A DNA stretch of 64,000 nucleotides from Phyllobates terribilis (taxonomy: Eukaryota): NCBI RefSeq assembly GCF_046119375.1, contig NW_027362768.1, positions 168,454,001-168,518,000 on the forward strand, given 5' to 3'. Position 1 is the stretch's first letter; the number at the start of each line of letters is the position of its first letter. A program made the position numbers and the translations under genes. This document shows, piece after piece, positions 1-15,221 of the stretch. The notes below the pieces were generated by a model. That model made no database searches, was not told the DNA's origin, and saw only the letters and a program-made list of their open reading frames with translations.

Positions 1-3000
1 CTCTGCCACAATACACTGCACTCTGCCACAATACACTGCACTCTGCCACAATACACTGCACTGCACTCTGCCACAATACACTACACTGCACTCTGCCACA
101 ATACACTGCACTACACTCTGCCACAATACACTGCACTCTGCCACAATACACTACACGGCACTCTGCCACAATACACTACACTGCACTACACTCTGCCACA
201 ATACACTGCACTCTGCCACAATACACTACACGGCACTCTGCCAAAATACACTACACTACACTCTGCCACAATACACTGCACTCTGCCACAATACACTACA
301 CTGCACTCTGCCACAATACACTGCACTGCACTCTGCCACAATACACTACACGGCACTCTGCAACAATACACTGCACTGCACTCTGCCACAATACACTGCA
401 CTGCACTCTGCCAAAATACACTACACTACACTCTGCCACAATACACTGCACTCTGCCACAATACACTACACTGCACTCTGCCACAATACACTGCACTGCA
501 CTCTGCCACAATACACTACACGGCACTCTGCAACAATACACTGCACTGCACTCTGCCACAATACACTGCACTCTGCCACAATACACTGCACTGCACTCTG
601 CCACAATACACTGCACTGCACTCTGCTGCAATACAGTGCACTCTGCCACAATATACTGCACTGCACTCTGCCACAATACACTGCACTCTGCCACAATACA
701 CTGCACTGCACTCTGCCGCAATACACTGCACACTGCCGCAATACACTGCACTCTGAACTCTTGCCACAATACACTGCACTACACTGCACTCTGCCACAAT
801 ACACTGCACTGCACTCTGCCGCAATACACTGCACTGCCCTCTGCCACAATATCCTGCACTCTGCCGCAATACACTGCACTCTGCCACAATACACTGCACT
901 CTGCCACAATACACTACACTGCACTCTGCCACAATACACTACACTGCACTCTGCCACAATACACTACACTGCACTACACTCTGCCACAATACACTGCACT
1001 CTGCCACAATACACTACACGGCACTCTGCCACAATACACTACACTGCACTCTGCCACAATACACTACACTACACTCTGCCACAATACACTGCACTCTGCC
1101 ACAATACACTACACTGCACTCTGCCACAATACACTGCACTGCACTCTGCCACAATACACTACACGGCACTCTGCCACAATACACTGCACTGCACTCTGCC
1201 ACAATACACTGCACTCTGCCACAATACACTGCACTGCACTCTGCCACAATACACTGCACTGCACTCTTCCACAATACACTGCACTGCACTCTGCTGCAAT
1301 ACAGTGCACTCTGCCACAATACACTGCACTCTGCCACAATACACTGTGCCGCAATACACTGCACTCTGCACTCTTGCCACAATACACTGCACTCTGCCAC
1401 AATACACTGCACTGCACTCTGCCGCAATACACTGCACTGCCCTCTGCCACAATACACTGCACTCTGCCACAATACACTGCACTCTGCACTCTGCCACAAT
1501 ACACTGCACTCTGCCACAATACACTACACTGCACTCTGCCACAATACACTACACTGCACTCTGCCACAATACACTGCATTACACTCTGCCACAATACACT
1601 GCACTCTGCCACAATACACTACACGGCACGCTGCAACAATACACTGCACTGCACTCTGCCACAATACACTACACTGCACTCTGCCACAATACACTACACT
1701 GCACTTTGCCACAATACACTGCACTACACTGCACTCTGCCACAATACACTACACGGCACTCTGCCACAATACACTACACTGCACTCTGCCACAATACACT
1801 ACACTCTGCCACAATACACTGCACTGCACTCTGCCACAATACACTGCACTGCACTCTGCCACAATACACTGCACTGAGCCACAATACACTGCACTGAGCC
1901 ACAATACACTGCACTACACTGCACTCTGCCACAATACACTGCACTGCACTCTGCCACAATACACTGCACTCTGCCACAATACACTACATTGCACTGCACT
2001 CTGCCACAATACACATCAATGCACTCTGCCACAATACACTGTACTGCACTCTGCCACAATACACTGCACTGCACTCTGCCACAATACACTGCACTCTGCC
2101 ACAATACACTGCACTGCACTCTGCCACAATACACTACACGGCACTCTGCCACAATACACTGCACTGCACTCTGCCACAATACACTGCACTCTGCCACAAT
2201 ACACTGCACTGCACTCTGCCGCAATACACTGCACTGCACTGCGCCGCAATACACTGCACTCTGTACTCTTGCCACAATACACTGCACTGCGCCGCAATAC
2301 ACTGCACTCTGCACTCTTGCCACAATACACTGCACTACACTGCCCTCTGCCACAATACACTGCACTCTGCCGCAATACACTGCACTGCACTCTGCCTCAA
2401 TACACTGCACTGCCCTCTGCCACAATATCCTGCACTCTGCCACAATACACTGCACTCTGCCGCAATACACTGCACTCTGCACTCTTGCCACAATACACTG
2501 CACTACACTGCACTCTGCCGCAATACACTACACTGCAGTCTGCCACAATACACTGCACTCTGCCGCAATACACTGCACTGCACTCTGCCGCAATACACTG
2601 CACTGCACTCTGCCACAATACACTGCACTCTGCCACAATACAATACACTGCACTCTGCCACAATACACTGCACTGCACTCTGCCGCAATACACTGCACTG
2701 CACTCTGCCACAATACACTGCACTCTGCCACAATACAATACACTGCACTCTGCCACAATACACTGCACTGCACTCTGCCACAATACACTGCACTACACTC
2801 TGCCACAATACACTGCACTCTGCCACAATATACTACACGGCACTCTGCAACAATACACTGCACTGCACTCTGCCACAATACACTGCACTGCACTCTGCCG
2901 CAATACACTGCACTGCACTCTGCTGCAATACACTGCACTCTGGTGCAATACACTGCACTCTGCCGCAATACACTGCACTCTGCCACAATACACTGCACTG

Positions 3001-6000
3001 CACTCTGCCGCAATACACTGCACTGCCCTCTGCCACAATACACTGCACTCTGCCAAAATACACTGCACTCTGCACTCTGCCACAATACACTGCACTCTGC
3101 CACAATACACTACACTGCACTCTGCCACAATACACTGCACTACACTCTGCCACAATACACTGCACTCTGCCACAATACACTACACGGCACTCTGCCACAA
3201 TACACTGCACTGCACTCTGCCACAATACACTACACTGCACTCTGCCACAATACACTACACTGCACTCTGCCACAATACACTACACTCTGCTACAATACAC
3301 TACACTGCACTCTGCCACAATACACTGCACTGCACTCTGCCACAATACACTGCACTGCACTCTGCCACAATACACTGCACTGAGCCACAATACACTGCAC
3401 TACACTGCACTCTGCCACAATACACTGCACTGCACTCTGCCACAATACACTGCATTCTGCCACAATACACTACATTGCACTGCACTCTGCCACAATACAC
3501 ATCAATGCACTCTGCCACAATACACTGCACTGCACTCTGCCACAATACACTGCACTGCACTCGGCCACAATACACTGCACTGCACTCGGCCACAATACAC
3601 TGCACTCTGCCACAATACACTGCACTGCACTCTGCCACAATACACTAGACGGCACTCTGCCACAATACACTGCACTGCACTCTGCCACAATACACTGCAC
3701 TCTGCCACAATACACTGCACTGCACTCTGCCACAATACACTGCACTCTGCCACAATACACTGCACTGCACTCTGCCGCAATACACTGCACTGCACTGCGC
3801 CGCAATACACTGCACTCTGTACTCTTGCCACAATACACTGCACTGCGCGGCAATACACTGCACTCTGCACTCTTGCCACAATACACTGCACTACACTGCC
3901 CTCTGCCACAATACACTGCACTCTGCCGCAATACACTGCAGTGCACTCTGCCACAATACACTGCACTCTGCCGCAATAAACTGCACTCTGCACTCTTGCC
4001 ACAATACACTGCACTACACTGCACTCTGCCGCAATACACTACACTGCAGTCTGCCACAATACACTGCACTCTGCCGCAATACACTGCACTGCACTCTGCC
4101 ACAATACACTGCACTGCCCTCTGCCACAATATCCTGCACTCTGCCGCAATACACTGCACACTGCCGCAATACACTGCACTCTTGCCACAATACACTGCAC
4201 TACACTGCACTCTGCCACAATACACTGCACTGCACTCTGCCGCAATACACTGCACTGCCCTCTGCCACAATACACTGCACTCTGCCGCAATACACTGCAC
4301 TCTGCCGCAATACACTGCACTCTGCACTCTTGCCACAATACACTGCACTCTGCCGCAATACACTACACTGCACTCTGCCACAATACACTGCACTACACTC
4401 TGCCACAATACACTGCACTCTGCCACAATACACTACACGGCACTCTGCAACAATACACTGCAGTCTGCCACAATACACTACACTGCACTCTGCCACAATA
4501 CACTGCACTACACTCTGCCACAATACACTGCACTCTGCCACAATACACTACACTGCACTCTGCCACAATACACGGCACTGCACTCTGCCACAATAAACTA
4601 CACAGCACTCTGCCACAATACACTGCACTGCACTCTGCCACAATACACTGCACTGCACTCTGCCACAATACACTGCACTCTGCCACAATACACTGCACTG
4701 CACTCTGCTGCAATACACTGCACTCTGCCACAATACACTGCACTGCACTCTGCCACAATACACTGCGCCGCAATACACTGCACTCTGCACTCTTGCCACA
4801 ATACACTGCACTCTGCCACAATACACTGCACTGCACTCTGCCGCAATACACTGCACTGCACTCTGCCACAATACACTGCACTCTGCCACAATACAATACA
4901 CTGCACTCTGCCACAATACACTGCACTGCACTCTGCCACAATACACTGCACTACACTCTGCCACAATACACTGCACTCTGCCACAATACACTACACGGCA
5001 CTCTGCAACAATACACTGCACTGCACTCTGCCACAATACACTACACTGCACTCTGCCACAATACACTGCACTACACTCTGCCACAATACACTGCACTCTG
5101 CCACAATACACTACACGGCACTCTGCCACAATACACTGCACTGCACTCTGCCACAATACACTGCACTGCACTCTGCTGCAATACACTGCACTCTGCTGCA
5201 ATACACTGCACTCTGCCGCAATACACTGCGCCACAATACACTGCACTCTGCACTCTTGCCACAATACACTGCACTCTGCCACAATACACTGCACTCTGCC
5301 ACAATACACTGCACTGCACTCTGCCGCAATACACTGCACTGCCCTCTGCCACAATACACTGCACTCTGCACTCTGCCACAATACACTACACTTCACTCTG
5401 CCACAATACACTGCACTACACTCTGCCACAATACACTGCACTCTGCCACAATACACTGCACTGCACTCTGCCACAATACACTACACTGCACTCTGCCACA
5501 ATACACTGCACTGCACTCTGCCACAATACACTGCACTCTGCCACAATACACTGCACTGCACTCTGCTACAATACACTACACTGCACTCTGCCACAATACA
5601 CTACACTGCACTACACTCTGCCACACTGCACTGCACTCTGCCACAATACACTGCATGGCACTCTGCCACAATACACTGCACGGCACTCTGCCACAATACA
5701 CTGCACTCTGCCACAATACACTGCACTGCACTCTGCCACAATACACTGCACTCTGCCACAATACACTACACTGCACTCTGCCACAATACACTGCACTGCA
5801 CTCTGCCACAATACACTACACTTCACTCTGCCACAATACACTGCACTACACTCTGCCACAATACACTGCACTCTGCCACAATACACTGCACTGCACTCTG
5901 CCACAATACACTACACTGCACTCTGCCACAATACACTGCACTGCACTCTGCCACAATACACTGCACTCTGCCACAATACACTGCACTGCACTCTGCTACA

Positions 6001-9000
6001 ATACACTACACTGCACTCTGCCACAATACACTACACTGCACTCTGCCACAATACACTGCACTACACTCTGCCACACTGCACTGCACTCTGCCACAATACA
6101 CTGCACGGCACTCTGCCACAATACACTGCACGGCACTCTGCCACAATACACTGCACTCTGCCACAATACACTGCACTGCACTCTGCCACAATACACTGCA
6201 CTCTGCCACAATACACTACACTGCACTCTGCCACAATACACTGCACTGCACTCTGCCACAATACACTGCACGGCACTCTGCCACAATACACTGCACTGCA
6301 CTCTGCCACAATACACTGCACTGCACTCTGCCACAATACACTGCACTGCACTCTGCCACAATACACTGCACTGCACTCTGCTGCAATACACTGCACTCTG
6401 CCACAATACACTGCACTGCACTCTGCCGCAATACACTGCGCTGCAATACACTGCACTCTGCACTGTTGCCACAATACACTGCACTGCACTCTGCCGCAAT
6501 ATACTGCACTGCCCTCTGCCACAATACACTGCACTCTGCCACAATACACTACACTGCACTCTGCCACAATACACTGCACTACACTCTGCCACAATACACT
6601 GCACGGCACTCTGCCACAATACACTACACTGCACTCTGCCGCAATACACTGAACTGCACTCTGCCGCAATACACTGAACTGCCCTCTGCCACAATATCCT
6701 GCACTCTGCCGCAATACACTGCACTCTGCCGCAATACACTGCACTCTGCACTCTTGCCACAATACACTGCACTCTGCCGCAATACACTACACTGCACTCT
6801 GCCACAATACACTGCACTCTGCCGCAATACACTGCACTGCACTGTGCCGCAATACACTGCACTGCCCTCTGCCACAATATCCTGCACTCTGCCACAATAC
6901 ACTGCACACTGCCGCAATACACTGCACTCTGCACTCTTGCCACAATACACTGCACTACACTGCACTCTGCCACAATACACTGCACTGCACTCTGCCGCAA
7001 TACACTGCACTGCCCTCTGCCACAATATCCTGCACTCTGCCGCAATACACTGCACTCTGCCACAATACACTGCACTCTGCCACAATACACTACACTGCAC
7101 TCTGCCACAATACACTACACTGCACTCTGCCACAATACACTACACTGCACTACACTCTGCCACAATACACTGCACTCTGCCACAATACACTACACGGCAC
7201 TCTGCCACAATACACTACACTGCACTCTGCCACAATACACTACACTACACTCTGCCACAATACACTGCACTCTGCCACAATACACTACACTGCACTCTGC
7301 CACAATACACTGCACTGCACTCTGCCACAATACACTACACGGCACTCTGCCACAATACACTGCACTGCACTCTGCCACAATACACTGCACTCTGCCACAA
7401 TACACTGCACTGCAGTCTGCCACAATACACTGCACTGCACTCTGCCACAATACACTGCACTGCACTCTGCTGCAATACAGTGCACTCTGCCACAATACAC
7501 TGCACTCTGCCACAATACACTGTGCCGCAATACACTGCACTCTTGCCACAATACACTGCACTCTGCCACAATACACTGCACTGCACTCTGCCGCAATACA
7601 CTGCACTGCCCTCTGCCACAATACACTGCACTCTGCCACAATACACTGCACTCTGCCACAATACACTACACTGTACTCTGCCACAATACACTACACTGCA
7701 CTCTGCCACAATACACTGCATTACACTCTGCCACAATACACTGCACTCTGCCACAATACACTACACGGCACTCTGCAACAATACACTACACTGCACTTTG
7801 CCACAATACACTGCACTACACTGCACTCTGCCACAATACACTACACTGCACTCTGCCACAATACACTACACTCTGCCACAATACACTACACTGCACTCTG
7901 CCACAATACACTGCACTGCACTCTGCCACAATACACTGCACTGCACTCTGCCACAATACACTGCACTGAGCCACAATACACTGCACTGAGCCACAATACA
8001 CTGCACTACACTGCACTCTGCCACAATACACTGCACTGCACTCTGCCACAATACACTGCACTCTGCCACAATACACTACATTGCACAGCACTTTGCCACA
8101 ATACACATCAATGCACTCTGCCACAATACACTGCACTGCACTCTGCCACAATACACTGCACTGCACTCTGCCACAATACACTGCACTGCACTCGGCCACA
8201 ATACACTGCACTCTGCCACAATACACTGCACTGCACTCTGCCACAATACACTACACGGCACTCTGCCACAATACACTGCACTGCACTCTGCCACAATACA
8301 CTGCACTGCACTCTGCCACAATACACTGCACTGCACTCTGCCACAATACACTGCACTGCACTCTGCCACAATACACTGCACTGCGCCGCAATACACTGCA
8401 CTCTGTACTCTTGCCACAATACACTGCACTGCGCCGCAATACACTGCACTCTGCACTCTTGCCACAATACACTGCACTACACTGCCCTCTGCCACAATAC
8501 ACTGCACTCTGCCGCAATACACTGCACTGCACTCTGCCTCAATACACTGCACTGCCCTCTGCCACAATATCCTGCACTCTGCCACAATACACTGCACTCT
8601 GCCGCAATACACTGCACTCTGCACTCTTGCCACAATACACTGCACTACACTGCACTCTGCCGCAATACACTACACTGCAGTCTGCCACAATACACTGCAC
8701 TCTGCCGCAATACACTGCACTGCACTCTGCCGCAATACACTGCACTGCCCTCTGCCACAATATCCTGCACTCTGCCACAATACACTGCACACTGCCGCAA
8801 TACACTGCACTCTGCACTCTTGCCACAATACACTGCACTACACTGCACTCTGCCACAATACACTGCACTGCACTTTGCCGCAATACACTGCACTGCCCTC
8901 TGCCACAATATCCTGCACTCTGCCACAATACACTGCACTCTGCCGCAATACACTGCACTCTGCACTCTTGCCACAATACACTGCACTCTGCCGCAATACA

Positions 9001-12000
9001 CTACACTGCACTCTGCCACAATACACTGCACTACACTCTGCCACAATATACTGCACTCTGCCACAATACACTACACGGCACTCTGCAACAATACACTGCA
9101 GTCTGCCACAATACACTACACTGCACTCTGCCACAATACACTGCACTACACTCTGCCACAATACACTGCACTCTGCCACGATACATGGCACTGCACTCTG
9201 GCACAATAAACTACACGGCACTCTGCCACAATACACTGCACTGCACTCTGCCACAATACACTGCACTGCACTCTGCCACAATACACTGCACTCTGCCACA
9301 ATACACTGCACTGCACTCTGCTGCAATACACTGCACTCTGCCACAATACACTGCACTGCACTCTGCCACAATACACTGCGCCGCAATACACTGCACTCTT
9401 GCCACAATACACTGCACTCTGCCACAATACACTGCACTCTGCCACAATACACTGCACTGCACTCTGCCGCAATACACTGCACTGCACTCTGCCACAATAC
9501 ACTGCACTCTGCCACAATACAATACACTGCACTCTGCCACAATACACTACACTGCACTCTGCCACAATACACTGCACTACACTCTGCCACAATACACTGC
9601 ACTCTGCCACAATATACTACACGGCACTCTGCAACAATACACTGCACTGCACTCTGCCACAATACACTACACTGCACTCTGCCACAATACACTGCACTAC
9701 ACTCTGCCACAATACACTGCACTCTGCCACAATACACTATACTGCACTCTGCCACAATACACTACACTGCACTCTGCCACAATACACTGCAATGCACTCT
9801 GCCACAATACACTGCACTGCACTCTGCCGCAATACACTGCACTGCACTCTGCTGCAATACACTGCACTCTGGTGCAATACACTGCACTCTGCCGCAATAC
9901 ACTGCACTCTGCACTCTTGCCACAATACACTGCACTCTGCCACAATACACTGCACTCTGCCACAATACACTGCACTGCACTCTGCCGCAATACACTGCAC
10001 TGCCCTCTGCCACAATACACTGCACTCTGCCACAATACACTACACTGCACTCTGCCACAATACACTGCACTACACTCTGCCACAATACACTGCACTCTGC
10101 CACAATACACTGCACTGCACTCTGCCACAATACACTACACTGCACTCTGCCACAATACACTACACTGCACTCTGCCACAATACACTACACTGCACTCTGC
10201 CACAATACACTGCACTCTGCCACAATACCCTGCACTGCACTCTGCTACAATACACTACACTGCACTCTGCCACAATACACTACACTACACTCTGCCACAA
10301 TACACTGCACTGCACTCTGCCACACTGCACTGCACTCTGCCACAATACACTGCACGGCACTCTGCCACAATACACTGCACGGCACTCTGCCACAATACAC
10401 TGCACTGCACTCTGCCACAATACACTGCACTGCACTCTGCCACAATACACTGCACTGCACTCTGCCACAATACACTGCACTGCACTCTGCCACAATACAC
10501 TGCACTGCGCCGCAATACACTGCGCCGCAATACACTGCACTCTGCCAGAATACACTGCACTCTGCCACAATACACTGCACTGCACTCTGCCGCAATACAC
10601 TGCACTGCCCTCTGCCACAATACACTGCACTCTGCCACAATACACTACACGGCACTCTGCCACAATACACTGCACTGCACTCTGCCACAATACACTGCAC
10701 TGCACTCTGCCACAATACACTGCACTCTGCCACAATACACTGCACTGCACTCTGCTGCAATACACTGCACTCTGCCACAATACACTGCACTGCACTCTGC
10801 CACAATACACTGCGCCGCAATACACTGCACTCTGCACTCTTGCCACAATACACTGCACTCTGCCACAATACACTGCACTCTGCCACAATACACTGCACTC
10901 TGCCACAATACACTGCACTGCACTCTGCCGCAATACACTGCACTCTGCCACAATACACTACACTGCACTCTGCCACAATACACTGCACTACACTCTGCCA
11001 CAATACACTGCACTCTGCCACAATACACTACACTCTGCAACAATACACTGCACTGCACTCTGCCACAATACACTACACTGCACTCTGCAACAATACACTG
11101 CACTCTGCCACAATACAATATACTGCACTCTGCCACAATACACTACACGGCACTCTGCCACAATACACTACACGGCACTCTGCCACAATACACTGCACTG
11201 CACTCTGCCACAATACACTGCACTGCACTCTGCCACAATACACTGCACTGCACTCTGCTGCAATACACTGCAGTCTGCTGCAATACACTGCACTCTGCCG
11301 CAATACACTGCGCCGCAATACACTGCACTCTGCCACAATACACTGCACTCTGCCACAATACACTGCACTGCACTCTGCCGCAATACACTGCACTGCACTC
11401 TGCCACAATACACTGCACTCTGCCACAATACAATACACTGCACTCTGCCACAATACACTACACTGCACTCTGCCACAATACACTGCACTACACTCTGCCA
11501 CAATACACTGCACTCTGCCACAATATACTACACGGCACTCTGCAACAATACACTGCACTGCACTCTGCCACAATACACTACACTGCACTCTGCCACAATA
11601 CACTGCACTGCACTCTGCCACAATACACTGCACTCTGCCACAATACACTATACTGCACTCTGCCACAATACACTACACTGCACTCTGCCACAATACACTG
11701 CACTGCACTCTGCCACAATACACTGCACTGCACTCTGCCGCAATACACTGCACTGCACTCTGCTGCAATACACTGCACTCTGGTGCAATACACTGCACTC
11801 TGCCGCAATACACTGCACTCTGCACTCTTGCCACAATACACTGCACTCTGCCACAATACACTGCACTCTGCCACAATACACTGCACTGCACTCTGCCGCA
11901 ATACACTGCACTGCCCTCTGCCACAATACACTGCACTCTGCCACAATACACTGCACTCTGCCACAATACACTACACTGCACTCTGCCACAATACACTGCA

Positions 12001-14560
12001 CTACACTCTGCCACAATACACTGCACTCTGCCACAATACACTGCACTGCACTCTGCCACAATACACTACACTGCACTCTGCCACAATACACTACACTGCA
12101 CTCTGCCACAATACACTACACTGCACTCTGCCACAATACACTGCACTCTGCCACAATACCCTGCACTGCACTCTGCTACAATACACTACACTGCACTCTG
12201 CCACAATACACTACACTGCACTCTGCCACAATACACTGCACTGCACTCTGCCACACTGCACTGCACTCTGCCACAATACACTGCACGGCACTCTGCCACA
12301 ATACACTGCACGGCACTCTGCCACAATACACTGCACGGCACTCTGCCACAATACACTGCACTGCACTCTGCCACAATACACTGCACTGCACTCTGCCACA
12401 ATACACTGCACTGCACTCTGCCACAATACACTGCACTGCACTCTGCCACAATACACTGCACTGCACTCTGCCACAATACACTGCACTGCGCCGCAATACA
12501 CTGCGCCGCAATACACTGCACTCTGCCAGAATACACTGCACTCTGCCACAATACACTGCACTGCACTCTGCCGCAATACACTGCACTGCCCTCTGCCACA
12601 ATACACTGCACTCTGCCACAATACACTACACGGCACTCTGCCACAATACACTGCACTGCACTCTGCCACAATACACTGCACTGCACTCTGCCACAATACA
12701 CTGCACTCTGCCACAATACACTGCACTGCACTCTGCTGCAATACACTGCACTCTGCCACAATACACTGCACTGCACTCTGCCACAATACACTGCGCCGCA
12801 ATACACTGCACTCTGCACTCTTGCCACAATACACTGCACTCTGCCACAATACACTGCACTCTGCCACAATACACTGCACTCTGCCACAATACACTGCACT
12901 GCACTCTGCCGCAATACACTGCACTCTGCCACAATACACTACACTGCACTCTGCCACAATACACTGCACTACACTCTGCCACAATACACTGCACTCTGCC
13001 ACAATACACTACACTCTGCAACAATACACTGCACTGCACTCTGCCACAATACACTACACTGCACTCTGCAACAATACACTGCACTCTGCCACAATACAAT
13101 ATACTGCACTCTGCCACAATACACTACACGGCACTCTGCCACAATGCACTACACGGCACTCTGCCACAATACACTGCACTGCACTCTGCCACAATACACT
13201 GCACTGCACTCTGCCACAATACACTGCACTGCACTCTGCTGCAATACACTGCAGTCTGCTGCAATACACTGCACTCTGCCGCAATACACTGCGCCGCAAT
13301 ACACTGCACTCTGCACTCTTGCCACAATACACTGCACTCTGCCACAATACACTGCACTGCACTCTGCCGCAATACACTGCACTGCCCTCTGCCACAATAC
13401 ACTGTACTCTGCCACAATACACTGCACTCTGCCACAATACACTACACTGCACTCTGCCACAATACACTGCACTCTGCCACAATACACTGCACTCTGCGAC
13501 AATACACTGCACTGCACTCTGCCACAATACACTATACTGCACTCTGCCACAATACACTACACTGCACTCTGCCACAATACACTGCACTCTGCCACAATAC
13601 ACTGCACTGCACTCTGCCACAATACACTGCACTCTGCCACAATACACTGCACTCTGCCACAATACACTACACTGCACTCTGCCACAATACACTGCACTGC
13701 ACTCTGCCACACTGCACTGCACTCTGCCACAATACACTGCACGGCACTCTGCCACAATACACTGCACTGCACTCTGCCACAATACACTGCACTGCACTCT
13801 GCCACAATACACTGCACTGCACTCTGCCACAATGCACTGCACTGCACTCTGCCACAATACACTGCACTCTGCCACAATACACTGCACTGCACTCTGCCAC
13901 AATACACTTCACTGCACTCTGCTGCAATGCACTGCACTCTGCCACAATACACTGCACTCTGCCACAATACACTGCACTGCAATACACTGCACTCTGCCAC
14001 AATACACTGCACTCTGCCACAATACACTGCACTGCACTCTGCCGCAATACACTGCATTGCCCTCTGCCACAATACACTGCACTCTGCCACAATACACTGC
14101 ACTCTGCCACAATACACTGCACTACACTCTGCCACAATACACTGCACTCTGCCACAATACACTACACGGCACTCTGCAACAATACACTGCACTGCACTCT
14201 GCCACAATACACTACACTGCACTCTGCCACAATACACTGCACTACACTCTGCCACAATACACTGCACTCTGCCGCAATACACTACACAGCACTCTGCCAC
14301 AATACACTGCACTGCACTCTGCTGCAATACACTGCACTCTGCCACAATACACTACACGGCACTCTGCCACAATACACTGCACTGAGCCACAATACACTAC
14401 ACTGCACTCTGCCACAATACACTGCACTCTGCCACAATACACTGCACTGCACTCTGCCACAATACACTGCACTGCACTGCGCCGCAATACACTGCACTCT
14501 GCCACAATACACTGCACTCTGCCACAATACACTGCACTGCACTCTGCCACAATATCCTGC
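1..14560. repeat. Satellite array of 20/25-bp units built from pentamers (CTCTG-CCACA-ATACA-CTGCA-[CTGCA/CTACA]n); open at the left window edge
   Basis: Continuous tandem CTCTGCCACAATACACTGCA with optional extra CTGCA/CTACA/CGGCA pentamers from base 1 to 14560. Recurrent variant monomers include CCGCAAT, AATATCCTGC, TGGTGCAAT and CACATCAAT. Confidence 0.99.
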
Positions 14561-15187
14561 TGTCACGGGTGTGTCGCCACGAAGATCGTCACGATCACAC
14601 AGCCTGACTTCTCGCAGCTGAGGTTTTGGTGCTTTGTGTTTTTCGGCAGTGAGGGAGTTAACTCTCTCTCTCTCTGTGCTAGACGAGGTCCAGCCTCGCC
14701 CAGCTGCAATCAATGCTGCTGTAGTGAGACTCCTTCAAATGCCTGCCGGTCTGTTAGGGAAGTGTCGGTGAAAGCATTTCATGCAGACTAACAGAGCGGA
14801 TCGTGGTATTTGGAGTTTCAGAGCTAAGTGTATTTGGAGTGTTTTTTCCCTTCCTCGCTTTATCATTTATCTCCTTTCCCGTTGGTGTTCCCTCTGTTGT
14901 AGTTCTGTAGTTTTTGTATGCAAGGTGGTTTTGGTTTTACCCTTGTACTGTCTCGTTCGTCTAAGTACTGAGTGTGGGCATATTATTACCTGTCCCCTTT
15001 TGTTGTGATCAGGGGCCCTTCTCAGGACTAGATTACTTAGGTGCAGGGATCCTCAGGAGGTAGGGGTTACGCTGGCGGCCTGGACCTCTGTACCTTTAAC
15101 AGTACCTCCAGGTAGAGGGATTAGTCAGGGCCCCAGCTTAGGGTCAGCTTAGGCCCCCTACCTCCAGTACACAGAGACAGCGTGACA
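14561..15187 (+). repeat. 5' LTR (627 bp)
   Basis: Matches 19373-19999 with 7 substitutions by eye (about 98.9% identity). TG...CA ends with a 7-bp inverted repeat; TATA-like TTCAAAT at 14734-14740. Confidence 0.97.
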
Positions 15188-15198
15188 TTTTCACCGAC
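15188..15198 (+). promoter_or_regulatory. Primer-binding site, self-priming type (complementary to LTR 14764-14773 rather than to a tRNA 3' end)
   Basis: TTTCACCGAC (15189-15198) is the exact reverse complement of GTCGGTGAAA (14764-14773). There is no TGG start as expected for a tRNA-primed PBS. Confidence 0.75.
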
Positions 15199-15221
15199 CA
15201 CTTAGATTTTCTCCAGCTACC

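Noticed and set aside
1-14560. CRISPR-like or regularly interspaced repeat
   Set aside because: There are no unique spacers or cas genes; it is a pure tandem satellite in a eukaryotic context.
1-14560. Hundreds of TGCACTG heptamers (miR-148/152 seed match) as a possible miRNA sponge
   Set aside because: The motif follows trivially from the CTGCA pentamer, and nothing shows plus-strand transcription or cytoplasmic export.
186-14791. Dozens of long His/Cys/Thr-rich or Cys/Val-rich ORFs (up to 2236 aa) on both strands
   Set aside because: They are translations of the satellite, whose plus strand lacks stop triplets. All three frames give the same low-complexity peptides, with no domain or splice context.
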